DNA of 64,000 bases, taken from NCBI GenBank assembly GCA_013239625.1, contig MU053881.1:1860001-1924000 (forward strand), in the 5' to 3' direction. Source of the DNA: Lama guanicoe (lineage: Eukaryota). The notes below the pieces were generated by a model, which saw only the letters and a program-made list of their open reading frames with translations, ran no database searches and was not told where the DNA came from. Position 1 is the first letter of the stretch. Every line of letters begins with the position of its first letter. Of this stretch, positions 52,421 through 64,000 are shown in pieces. The position numbers and the translations under genes were made by a program.

Positions 52421-55400
52421 TGTGATGGAAAGACATTCGTTGCCACATGGCCACCGCCAAGTGATTCCTGTTCCTCTCAGGGGTCGAGGAGGAGGCAGAG
52501 ATAAGCCCTCTCCCCGACCCGAAGGGGATTGCAAGAACTAGGCAGCTAGACTGGGACATGCCAAAGGGGCTGAACAGCCTGCCTAGGGGGCCAGGTGGGG
52601 TCCCTGGGATGAAGCCCCTAGGCACACCAGTATGGAGGGAGTTCCCAGAGAAGAATGAGAGGGTGAGTAGATCCACTGGGCCCCTAGCGCCATGGCTGGC
52701 CCAGTGGCAAGGGGCTCTCAGCTCCCCAGTGCAGAAGGAGCTGGGCTGCCCTGTGCCCTCCCAGCTGTTGTCTCCCCCTGAGCTGTGGGAGGGGATGGAC
52801 TGACCACCTGGTCTGGGGCAGGAAGGCCAAGGGGCTCCACACTGCCCCATTCAGGAACCATCGTTCCCGCAAATACTCTTCTGGGGCAGGTGCCCGTGCT
52901 GTTCCTTAGGCTTCTTCCCCCCTTGGCAAATAGGAAACTGAGGCACAGAATGAAGGCAGGTCTGAGGGGCCTCACTTGGGCTGGCCTCACCCTCCTGCTG
53001 GGAGGGCAGTCGAGGAGGGACACTGACTTGGGGGCTGGAGGAGGGGACAAGATGGCTAGGCGTCCATGCCACAGTACTGCAGCACTGGCGGGCGGCCAGG
53101 CCTGGAGGGATGGACGAGGGAGACAGGCACGCTCTCTTGTCCTGCGGGTCAGTCACAGGAGAGGCCAACACCGGCTAACAGGCAGGCAGCCCACCCGTTG
53201 TCCCAGCCCTGCCCCAGAGGGACTGAGATCATGGGAGGAGCTCAGGGCAAGTGGCCCACTTGGCCTGGTGGAAGAATTGGCTTTGGGGTATGGGCTGTGC
53301 TTAGAGAGGCACACTCCACCTCAGAAGGGCCCCCTCGCCCTCCAGTCTGAGGGTGCTGCCTACCACCACCCCATTTCCCCCTACCCTCCCAAAAAGCAGA
53401 GCTCTGGTGGCCCAGTGCAGGGCCACACAACCACTGCTGGCCCACATGCTGCTCAGCAGAGGCCTGGGCTCCCACCAGCAGCATCCATGTGGCAAAATCG
53501 AGTTATTCATCACTGGTGTGCGTCACCCCCCCCCCAATCTGGGTTGTGTGTGGGACACACACACAGATGTACACAGGCACCCTCGAACATACACACATTT
53601 GCTCCCTCCCAAGGGCCCAGATAAGCATTTGGTAGAAAGGATGTGATGATCACATCCTGCAGGGGGACTCGGCACCTAGCACAGAGCCAGGGGTACAGTG
53701 GGTTCTCAAGACTCAGGGGCAGACCCCGCACTCTCAAGCCGGAGGAGGGTGTCTTGGGTAAAATTGCTTTCTGGGCAAAGGGAACTTGGTACTGCCTTGC
53801 CTTACATTCCCTCTGATTAGGGGCAGGGGTGGGAGGAGCTTACTCCTAGGTAATAGGGCCTCTGAAATGGACCACTGCCTATGTGCTGGGAGCAGGGGAT
53901 CTAGGAAGTCAGGTTGTGTAGTCAGAAGAGCTAGTATTGTCCTGGATGTGACCTGGCTCACTGTGTGACCACACAGAAGTCTCTGCACCTCTCTGTTCCT
54001 CTTGAAAGGAGGAAAAGGGGATTGGGCTCAGCTATATTTGGGATACCCAAGACTCTTCCAGTTCTAACATCCTGAAAGTGTGACTGTGTGATTGTCCTGA
54101 GGAACCCACCTGCCCTGAGCACCCCCATCCTCAGCTGACCCCAGCATCTCCCTGGAGCTGCTACTTTCCAGCTCCCACCTCACCCTAGTCCACTTTGTCT
54201 GGCCGAGATGGTTTCTCAGAGTTTGTGTCAATATCACAAACACCTCCTGGTGTTGCTTTGCGCTCTGTGTTGAAGGACTGAGTTAGATATCCCACCTTCA
54301 CGAAGCTCTCGGTCCGGAGCAGCGTCTGCCTCCAGGGGTTGGAGGTGGTGAGACCCCCATCCTGATTCCTTGCAATTTCACCGCTCCTACCCACCCAGGC
54401 CCAGGCCACCTCAGATGTGTTTGAGAAGCACTGGTCTAGTGAGCTCCGGGGCAGGCTCAGGTACCTCTTTCCATCCCTGCTGGGGTGTGTTAAGCGCTCT
54501 GGGGAGGTGCAGCTCAGGGCAGGGCTTCCTGGGGAGCCGGCCTTGGAGCCTTGGGGGTGTCAGTCAAGGTGAGGCATGGGGTGGAGAAGCTAGTCTGGCC
54601 TTCCTGTGAAGGGAACCATGTATGCAAAGGCTCCAGTTTGGGGCGGGGTGATATCCAGAACTGTGCTGGGACTCAGGGAGCCAATCCAACGTGGCCCAAG
54701 TGTGTGTTATGGATAGGGAGGCCTGGCTGGAAAGGCAGGTGGGGCGGAGCTCAGGGTTGAAGGCCTGCTGAAACCTTTGAGCTATGGTTTCCCCCAGGTA
54801 AGGGCCATGGCTACAGCAGGGAAAGGTGGCTGGAGGTGGGTAGGGAAGGGGTGAGAATGGAAGGGGCAGGGCAGGTGTTCCATGGAGGAGCAAGGGTGCC
54901 TCAGAGAGCTTGGGAGAGGCTGACAAGTCACCCCAGAAAGGTGTGATGGCCAGAGTAGTGTCTGGGAACCAGGGTTTTGGAGTTCTGCCTCAGTTTCTCA
55001 TCTGTGGAATAGAAAGGGGCAGACCCTGCTTCTCTAAAGGCCTTTTGTTCCCAGTGGTGGGTTAGGGCAGCCGGACAGGTGGTGGGACAGCTGTGTTGAG
55101 AAGCAGCTGCCAGGGCTGGGGCCCAGGCAACAGTTGGATCAAGAGCTCCCAGCCCCACAGCCCACCTGTGTCCCTTTCAGGAGGGAGCGATCCCGAGACG
55201 CTGGGGGCTGGGGGGCCATTTGGCTGTGGCAGTGACTTGTGCTGACCTCATGGGGCTGGGCCTGGGCCAGGTCCTCCTTCCGCCCTCCTCCCTCTTTGCT
55301 TTCCTCCCTCCTTCCTTTCTTCCCTCCTCCCTCTCTCCCTTTCTCCTCCCTCCTCCCTTCCTCTCTCCTTCCCTCCCCCTTCTCTTCCTCTCTCTCCCTC

Positions 55401-58400
55401 CTTCATTTTCTCTTCAGCCATCGTTTCTCTCCTTTCTCTTCTCTTTCTTTTTCATCTCTCTCTCTTCTCCCTCCCTCTTTCTCTTCTGTGTCTCCCGGGG
55501 ATACCTTCCTCTCCTCCTAGCCCCTTGCCTCGCCAGTAGGGAAAGGGGAGCTTAGGGGAGGGGCTGAGCCTCCTGTGCCTCCAGAACAAGGCCTTTCTTC
55601 CCAACTCCAAGCCTGTCCTCTGAGTGGGTCCTCCGGAGGAGACAGCTCTGTCTTCCCTTCTGTGAAATGGATGCTGTGCCACAGCTGCCTGTGGAGAACA
55701 AACTAGGAAGGAGGAGGAGGAAGGTGGAAGGCTGCTAGGTCAGCTCTCCACTGAAGCTGAGAGGGAAGGAGAGGCCAGCAGTCCTAGGAGGCCAGAACCT
55801 CAGCTAGGGTGGAGGTAGCTTAGAGCTGGAAGAGCTGGAGAGCACTGCCATCCAGGGGCCAGAGTCCAGCCAAGAGTGACCATGGTGACCTCATCCCCAT
55901 TTCAGAGAGGCGGAGATCAAGGCTGAGGGCGTGTCCTCGGGGTCCTTTGTGTTCAGGAGAATGTGGCTGGGGTGGGCCTGTCCCGTGCCAATTGCCAGGT
56001 TGCCATGGTAACTGGGGGATGCCCAGAGCTGAGCAGCACCAGGTTCTCTCTCCCCACCCTCCTTGCTGTAGGGGGAGGGGTGGTGGGTACCAAGGCACGC
56101 ACCAGGTAGGTTCCTGGCAACGGCCAATGGGGGATGAGGAGCTGTAGCCAGGGAACGGTAACCAAGGAACCGTCGCCTTGGAATCTCCATCTCACGCCAC
56201 TGGCTGGGTTGCAGGCTGCTAGGGCCAGGGCTCCAAGGATACAACACATGGGCCCGCTGGAAGCAAGTGACTGGGCAGCGATTTCTTCTCCCCCATTGCC
56301 TACTTCCCACCTGACCCAGGCCTCCCTCTATCGGATCCCAGACTGTCCCCCACTGGGCTCCAGCCAGACACCGTGCTTAGCCCTGTTGTTATGGCGACAA
56401 GGCTCAAGTGTTGGGCTGGAAACCCCCTCTTGTCCTGCCCCCTCTGTGTCCCTCCTACCCCCCAGAGCCATCTCCACCCAAAATTGGCTGCCTGGCCTCT
56501 GTCAGTTCTCCGAACCACCCCTCCCTCTCCCCAGGGCTCTGTACACATACGAGGATGGCTCAGATGACCTCAAGCTTGCAGCATCAGGAGGTAAGAATTC
56601 CAGCCATTCCTTCGCCTTCCTCTCCGCCCCCTCCTCTGGTTGTTTCTTCCCCACCCAGTTGTTTTCTTCCCCACCCGCCTGGCTCCAGGCCACTTCCCTC
56701 CCTGCTGCATCCAGCCAACCCACACTTGTCTGGCGAGTGTCCTCCTCTGGTCATCCCTAAGGTCCCCAGGGTGGGAAGGGAGGGAGATTTGTTTCCTGTT
56801 TGATTATGAGAAGACTGCGCCTCAGAGAGGGAGAGAGAGAGAGTGACTTGCCCAGAGTCACATAGCTGGGCGGGAAGGGGCTGGGCAAGGGTGGCCCAGA
56901 TCACCCCACTGTCTCCAGAGCCCAAAAAAGCTTTATTTTACCTCACTGGGCGCTAGCACCACATGAGACATGATGTGTGAAGAACAAACACTTCCTCAGT
57001 CCTACCCCAGATCAGGTCCTAGGGGATTCAGAGGCAAAGCTCACACCTACCTGCTGCCTCTTTCACACCAACACAGAACTCTGGGACTTCCAGATCTCTG
57101 GTGGTGCCTGCCGAGCCCGAGAGAAGTCTTTGCTTCAGGCTTCAGGCTCTTTGTGGGGGAGGGGTTCAGGAGCCAGGGCCTGACACCCTCCTGATTCCCC
57201 CAGATGGGGGCTTGCAGGAGCTCTCGGGCCACTTTGAGAACCAGAAGGTGATGTATGGCTTCTGCAGCGTCAAGGACTCCCAAGCTGCTCTGCCGAAATA
57301 CGTGCTCATCAACTGGGTATGCAGCCTGGGGCTGGGGAAGGGAGTCGAAGGCTCCCCGGAACCATCACCCTCCACCCCGCTCCACCCACTGACAGTGCTG
57401 GAGAGAACCCCACTGGCCCAGGGAGGAGAGCTGGGGGGCTTCAGCCTGCCGCCAGCTCTTGTCCTTTCCTGACCCCTTCTTTGCTGGGTACTTTGCAGGT
57501 TGGCGAAGATGTGCCCGATGCCCGCAAGTGCGCTTGTGCCAGCCACGTGGCTAAGGTGGCCGAGTTCTTCCAGGTGCGAGTGGGGTCGGCGCTCGCAGGG
57601 GTGGCGCCAGGCCAGGGTCTGTGTGCTGGGGGTGCGATGGGAGGGAGCCCTGCTGCCTGAGCACACCTTCTTCCTGCTGCAGGGCGTCGACGTGATCGTG
57701 AACGCCAGCAGCGTGGAGGACATAGACGCGGGCGCCATTGGGCAGCGGCTCTCCAACGGGCTGGCGCGGCTCTCCAGCCCGGTGCTGCACCGCCTGCGGC
57801 TGCGGGAGGACGAGAACGCCGAGCCGGTGGTCAGTGTGCGCCCGCGACAGGCTGGCCCTGCCCGCGGCTCGGCGCCCTGTCCCTCTTGGTCCTCACCCTT
57901 CGTGTGTGGGGGCTCCCGAGCCCGCGGCCTGGGGGCTTCGCTCACGCCGGGCCTCTTGACCCTACAGGGCACCACCTATCAGAAGACTGACGCAGCTGTG
58001 GAAATGAAGCGGATTAACCGCGAGCAGTTCTGGGAACAGGCCAAGGTGTGGACGCTGACCCCGGCCTGTAGGCTGAGCTGTGCCTCCGTGTCCCGACCCT
58101 GGGGGTAGCGCTGGCTTCTCTCCCTCAGTCCCTCCCTCCAACAGTGCGGCCCATCCCACGGGCTCCCCGCATGGGACAGCAAGCGCTTTTGGCCTTAACG
58201 CCCTAGGGCTCACCCCTGACTTCTCAGAACCCTGGGAGAACCCGGGGGGGGGGGGGGGGGGGGGGGGGCGGGGGCGGCGGGGCGGGCCCCCGGCTCAGGG
58301 CCTATCCTGCCTTGGCACGGGGCGGGGGTTGCAGAAGGAGGAAGAGCTGAGGAAGGAGGAGGAGCGGAAGAAGGCCCTGGATGAGAGACTGAGGTTTGAG

Positions 58401-61400
58401 CAAGAGCGGATGGAGCAGGAGCGACAGGAGCAGGAGGAGCGGGAGCGGCGCTACCGAGAGCGGGAGCAGCAGATCGAGGAGCACAGGTGCGCGCAGCAGC
58501 CGGCGCGGCCCGGGCTCCAGGCCCCGCACGCTCCCGCCCTAAGCGGGTGCCCGCCGCTTTCTCATTCCAGGCGGAAACAGCAGACTTTAGAAGCCGAGGA
58601 GGCCAAGAGGCGGTTGAAGGAGCAGTCTATCTTTGTAAGTCCTTTGCCAGGGCTCCCTGGTCAGGGAAATGAGGATGGTCCCTGTGCTCCTGGCCTCTAG
58701 GGGGAAGAGGGGGTGGGGGTCAGCGTCTAAGGGGCAGAGCTGGGCATTCTGGCTCCTGCCGCGTGGGTGTGGGGTGCCCTGCAGGGGCAGGCCTGCCACC
58801 GCCTCCTGTGGAGCTGTCTTACCTGCCTGTGAGAGGACACCTCCTTGGAGAAGTTTATACTCCAGACTGAAAGATAAAATCTTCCTTGACCCAGACCCTC
58901 ACTGACAAGGCACTCTGTGCCCCTTCCCAGCAAGGCCTAAGGGGCTCAGGGTGGATGGATTAGACCCACTTCTTGCATTTATGGGGTTCGAGGCCTGGTC
59001 CCCACAACGAGAACACTGCAGAGCTACTGAATGAATCTGGGCTGGTGCTCTGAGCATCTGTGCACACGTAGGTGTAGTGTCTCCTTCAGAGCAGGCCCTT
59101 GTCCCGGGTTGCTGTCTGAACCTCCAAACGTTGGGATGGCCCATAAGGTCCTCGTGGGTTGACCCTTGCAAAATCACAGTGGAGTCAAATCTTCATGCTT
59201 TGAATTGAATTTTATATTTGAGAAATAGCTGAGGTCATTCAGGGCTGAGCATGGGACAGTTTAGGACAAGAGGTGGGCAGTCCTGGTCTGGATTGGGACT
59301 GGACAGCTGTTGGGCCGTGGGGACTCAGACAGGTGCCAGGGTCACACCTGCAGGTGGTATGGCAGGGCAGCCCTGCAGGCACTGGCATTGAGTGGCTGTC
59401 ATAGGTCATTCCAGTCACATCAGCCCCTGAGGGGTGGAGAGGACGTGTGGTTAGTAAGCTCCAGCCTCAATCATTCATTCAACAAACACTTGCCACCTGC
59501 CATGTGTCAGGTGTCAGAAACATGGTGGGGAACAAGAAGAGTAAGGCCCTTTTAAAATTAATTGATGAATTAGCTTATTTTTAATTGTGGCAAAATGGAC
59601 ATCAGGTAAAATGTACCATCTTAACCATTTTAAAGTGGGTAGTTTGGTGGCATTAAGTATATTTATATGATACAACCATCACCACTGTTTATCTCCAGAA
59701 TCCTTCTCATCTTCCCATACTGAACCTCTGTACCCAAGAAACAGTAACTCCCCATTGCCCCCTCCCCCAGCGCCTGGCTACAACCTTTCTGCTTTCTGTC
59801 TTTATGACTATGATTCTTCTAAATACCTCATATGAGTGGAATCATGCAATTATTCTATCTTTTGTGACTGCTTTATTTCACTTAGCATAGTATCTTCAAA
59901 CTTCAGCCATGTGTCAGGATGTCTTTCCTTATGAAAGCCATTTTACTATTCCATTGTATGTGTGTACCACATTTTGTTTATCCATTCACTGCAAGGTCTT
60001 TTTAGAAAAGCTTATTATTTTCACAGAAAATTGTACACAGGCACACAAAAGTAGGAAGAATAGTTTGGTGAATCCCCTGAACTGGTCACTCATCTTCACC
60101 AATGACCAACGTTTCAGGCAAAGGCTTAAAGTCTTACATCATTTCTTTATAGTCTCAGATGACCCTTCAAGTGTGGCTCATGTGACAAGTGACAGTAGGT
60201 GTTCTAGCAGGTCACTATGGTGGCCCTACAACTTCAGGTCCAATAAGGAAGGTCCCACATAAGGAACTTTGGAATTTAGAACCATAAAATGCTTTCTCTT
60301 GGCTTAAGGAGCTATCTGCTTTCTCTCTTCTGATAAGAGTTGCATTCTTTATCTGAGTTCCCTTTTTGCCTGGGCTGCCTGGAAGCTTCCATTTATCTGA
60401 AGATGTACAATAGCAGTGCCATTGACATTTATGGTTAGTGTCTTGATCTCTATCTCCTACTCCTCAGCTCTCATTTCTTTCAGTGCTTTTCACATTGCTG
60501 GTGTGTAAGATTTTTGTGGTCAGCTGCCTACAGTTTTCTTTTCGAAAGAGGCAGAGGAACCTAGCGAGGTCATACTAGGCAGGGGCAGAGTAACAGCAAA
60601 GGCTGGTGTGATGTACATTTTTGAGGAAGGCAAGGAGCCCAACTGGAGCCCACTGGGAAATTTGGGAAGAGAAAGCAAGGTCAGAGAAGGAGTTTACACT
60701 TCATTCTGGAAGACATTAGTGGTACTTGCGGTGACAGCCTTCTTGAGGCTTTTGGTGTGATGAGTTCAGTGAGTAGACAGGTACGAACTGAACCTTGGGC
60801 TGCTCACACACACATACATGCGTTCTCATCCCATATCCCCCACAGAGGGTGGGGAGGTGATCCAGAAAAAGGAAGTTATGACACGGTGTAATCTGTGTGT
60901 ATGCCCGGAACACCTAATGGGGACCCAGAGAAAGAAATGACCTGAATGGGCCAGGGCAGTGCCCAAGCTCAGGCTGGAAGCAGGGGGAGTTGGACCCAGG
61001 GTGGGGGTTGGGCACTTGGGAAAAGAGATCCATCTCCCCTGCTAAGGCACGGAGGAGAGAAACGGTACACATGTTCTAGGAACTGCGACTCCATTGTGCT
61101 GAGGACTTTATGTCTACATCTCACAGGGTGTGGGCGAGTCAGGGCCAGAGGGGACTCTTAGGAGGGGTCATGGGCTACATCAGGTAGGGGGAGGGGAATG
61201 TGGGCCAAGCAAGGGGCCCCACCGACTTCAGTCCTGGGGTTGCAGTCTCAAAACAGAGTAAAGTGGACAGGTGCAGGGCACTAGGGAGCACTGGGGACTG
61301 GCGAGCCGGACAGCACAGGCCTCATGTAAGAGCAGCTGCAGTTCTGCTTTGGGGCACCCAGGCCCGTGTTGCCAGGGCTTCTGGCATTTCAAGAGAAACT

Positions 61401-63721
61401 GGAGATCCTGATTTCAGTAAGAAACCTCCTGATTTGGGGGGGGACAGGGGAGGTAATTAGGTATTTATTTATTTTTTAAATGGAAGTACTGGGGATTGAA
61501 CCCAGAATCTTGTGCATGTTGGACACACCCTCAGTGGGACACACACCCACTGAGCTATACCCTCCGCACCACAGAAACCTCCCTGATTTTAAGTGGTGGT
61601 GACCAATTAACATTTTGGAAAGGTCCTTTCAGGGTCTGTAGAATAGAAATGCAAAAAAGAGCAAGGAGACTGGGGACTTGTGAAGAAGCTTCAGTTGTGA
61701 TACTGACATCCAGGCAGCAGTGATCAGGGCGCGGTTGGCCAGGTGCTGGGGTAGGAGGGTCAAGAAAAGTTAGCTACAAAGTAGGGAGCGCCCCTGGATG
61801 ACCCTGGGTGCCTGGTTGGATGTGGGGGCGAAGGAGCAGGATGAGCTGAAATGGGTGCCCAGGGACCCGTCCGGACCAGAGGTGAGGTGGCTGAGGGCCT
61901 TGCTCAGAGAGAAGGTGCTGTGTGACTGGGCGGTGAAGGTGGTGCCAGGTCGTGGGGGAAACGTGGAGGCTGTGAGAAAGCCAAGAGCTCCTGTGGGAGT
62001 AGGGTGCTTCGACCACCGTCCCTTTGGTTTCCAGGGTGACCAGCGGGATGAGGAGGAAGAGACCCAGATGAAGAAGTCAGAATCGGAGGTAGAGGTGAGA
62101 GCTGGGGGGACAGGACAGCTGAGGTGGGCAGCGCTGTCTCAGTCAGGCCTGGCCCTGACCCTTTCCTTATGTCCCCAGGAGGCAGCAGCCATCATTGCCC
62201 AGCGACCTGATAACCCACGGGAGTTCTTTAAGCAGCAGGAAAGAGTCGCATCGGCTTCCGCAGGCAGCTGCGATGTGCCCTCACCCTTCAACCACCGACC
62301 AGGTAGTCCCAGCTCCCACCCTCACCCAACCCCAACTCCTCCAGTTTTGGCCTTGAGCCCCTTTGGGACCTGTCTAGGAAGGAAAGCCTTGCCCAAGGAA
62401 GGACCCCTTGGAGAAGGCAAGGCTGATTGTCAAGTGTGCTTCCACCCACTGCCTCCAGGTGGCAGGGCTGAGGGGCTCAGATGGGGTCAGTGTTGGGCCT
62501 GGGCTGAGCAATGGGTAGTGCTGGGGGGCCATCCGGGCAGCTCTGACAGGGGCTAAGGCATCTCCCTGGCTGCAGGGAGTGGCCCTGCCCCGGTGGAACT
62601 AGATCTTGTCTGAAGGGCTGTACGTGCATGTGGGATGGGCTCTCGCCCTGGCCCTGAGCGGGTGCAGCCTGCAGCCCATACCCAGGGTTCCCTGTTTGGA
62701 TTCTCTCTGTGTAGCTCCCGCCTCTCCCTGAAGCAACCTTCCACTCCCTGTCTGCTGATCTGAGCGTTTGCCCCTTCTGTGTGCTTGGCTCTGTGCTGGG
62801 GCTCCGAGGGTGGGGCAGGCTGTCCCCAGGCATGTGCTGCTCAGAGGCTGGCTGCATTGTGGTGTGTCAGGCTCTCTGCTGTGCGTGGCTGGTGCTGGTG
62901 GGAGTCATCTGATGGCTTGAGGCTCTGGCCCAGCTTGGCTGAATATGTGCTCTGGCTGAAGGCAGCTTGAACATCCAGGGCCAGCCCTGGGGGTGGGTGA
63001 GGCCTCATGGCGGGTGGGGGAGACTGACCCTCTCTTGTGCTCTGTCTCTCTCTCTCTGTCTGTCTCTTTTGGCAGGTCGTCCGTACTGCCCTTTCATAAA
63101 GGCATCGGACAGTGGGCCTTCCTCCTCCTCCTCTTCCTCCTCCTCCCCTCCACGGACTCCCTTTCCCTATATCACCTGTCACCGCACCCCAAACCTCTCT
63201 TCCTCCCTCCCATGTAGGTAGCAGCCCCAGGCCTCCACGGGGGGGTAAGGAGGGCCCCGCTTCCCAGCAGCCCCCCTGCCCTCACTCCCCCAGCCTGAAC
63301 GCTGATCTCTGGTGTTTGTGCCCAGAGCAGGTACCGCCTGCCTCTCTCCCTTGGCCCTCAAGGTGCTCTGGCCCTTAGGGGCCTGGCTTACACGGTTTGG
63401 AGCTGTGGTCTGGCCCCTGGGGGGCCTGGGGAGCTCCCAGCCCCCACCCAGACTCCAGAGAGGAGGTGCTGGCCAGGCCCCGAGGTGGACAGTCCTGGTC
63501 CCACCTGGCTCCCTGACCCTCACTGACCAGCCTGGGGGTTTGTTCCATAGGCAGCCACCTGGACAGCCACCGGAGGATGGCGCCCACCCCCATCCCTGCC
63601 CGGAGCCCATCTGACTCCAGCACGGCCTCCACGCCCGTCGCTGAGCGGATCGAGCGGGCCCTGGATGAGGTCACATCTTCGCAACCTCCACCACTGCCAC
63701 CACCACTCCCACCAGCCCAAG
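51798..63721 (+). CDS. DBN1: Drebrin 1 (ADF-H domain, coiled coil), partial: start in N gap, 3' end beyond the window
   Basis: Exons: <51798-51845, 56535-56590, 57204-57316, 57499-57573, 57683-57829, 57968-58045, 58335-58486, 58571-58634, 62035-62094, 62179-62302, [63076-63213 alternative], 63551-63721. Phases are consistent. The protein shows the ADF-H domain ([26 protein letters not shown]), an E/R-rich helix and a Pro-rich segment. Confidence 0.97.
55275..55490. repeat. C/T-rich low-complexity tract
   Basis: About 215 nt that are almost entirely pyrimidine on the + strand. Confidence 0.85.
59570..59990 (-). mobile_element. L1 (L1M-type) 3' fragment, antisense, in a DBN1 intron
   Basis: AT-rich with hallmark reversed L1 3' UTR text (aaaatgtaccatcttaaccattttaaag; gtggaatcatgc; tttatttcacttagcata). 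Boundaries are approximate. Confidence 0.75.
61436..61572 (-). mobile_element. tRNA-derived SINE (camelid-type) in a DBN1 intron
   Basis: Same family on the reverse strand (ggggattgaacccag ... tgagctataccctcc). TSD agaaacctc(c)ctgattt at 61420-61435 and 61573-61589. Confidence 0.85.
63076..63213 (+). CDS. DBN1: Drebrin A-specific cassette exon (ins2, 46 aa)
   Basis: 138 nt, phase 1/1, encoding [50 protein letters not shown]-rich tract lies upstream. This is the known neuronal drebrin A insert. Confidence 0.92.
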
Positions 63722-64000
63722 GTGAGTGAGGGGCCCTTGTCTCTGGGCTGGGACACCAAGTAGCTATGGTAACGACCCCCCAGGGATCTGGGCCACCCCT
63801 CACCTAGACTGCGCTGCCCTGGAAGTGGCTGTGGCAGGGAGGTCAAACCTGCCCTCGCTGAACCTCAGTGTCTCTCCGTGGAGTGGGGATTGGGCCTTCC
63901 TCCCGGGCAACTGAGTGGTTTAAAGACACTAGGTAGATGGGCAGTGGGGGCCAGTGGGTGCTAGAAGGCACTCTGCTTGGAAGTCTTGGTAGAGGTCTTT

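Noticed and set aside
50646..52541. ORFs of 200-500 aa across the DBN1 promoter
   Set aside because: They run through a 291-nt N gap and a CpG island, so their length is artefactual.

Overview
This is mammalian genomic DNA, probably camelid judging by the tRNA-derived SINE family present. It holds five spliced genes, all on the + strand: the 3' end of FAM193B, complete DDX41 (17 exons, 621 aa), complete DOK3 (5 coding exons, 431 aa), complete PDLIM7/Enigma (458 aa, plus a 17-nt microexon and a LIM-less alternative last exon), and the 5' part of DBN1/drebrin (start codon hidden in an N gap; drebrin-A exon present). The order matches my recollection of the human 5q35.3 block. Exons were placed by hand from GT/AG sites and phase arithmetic. 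Comparisons with human proteins are from memory, not database searches. The rest is SINE, MIR, L2, L1 and MER5 debris plus three N gaps, two with duplicated flanks. I found no convincingly new gene system. The best leads are a dense RFX X-box cluster before DBN1 exon 2, a frame-shifted DBN1 alternative 5' exon that brings a different ATG into frame, a candidate in-frame FAM193B cassette exon, and a hairpin over the non-canonical FAM193B poly(A) signal.
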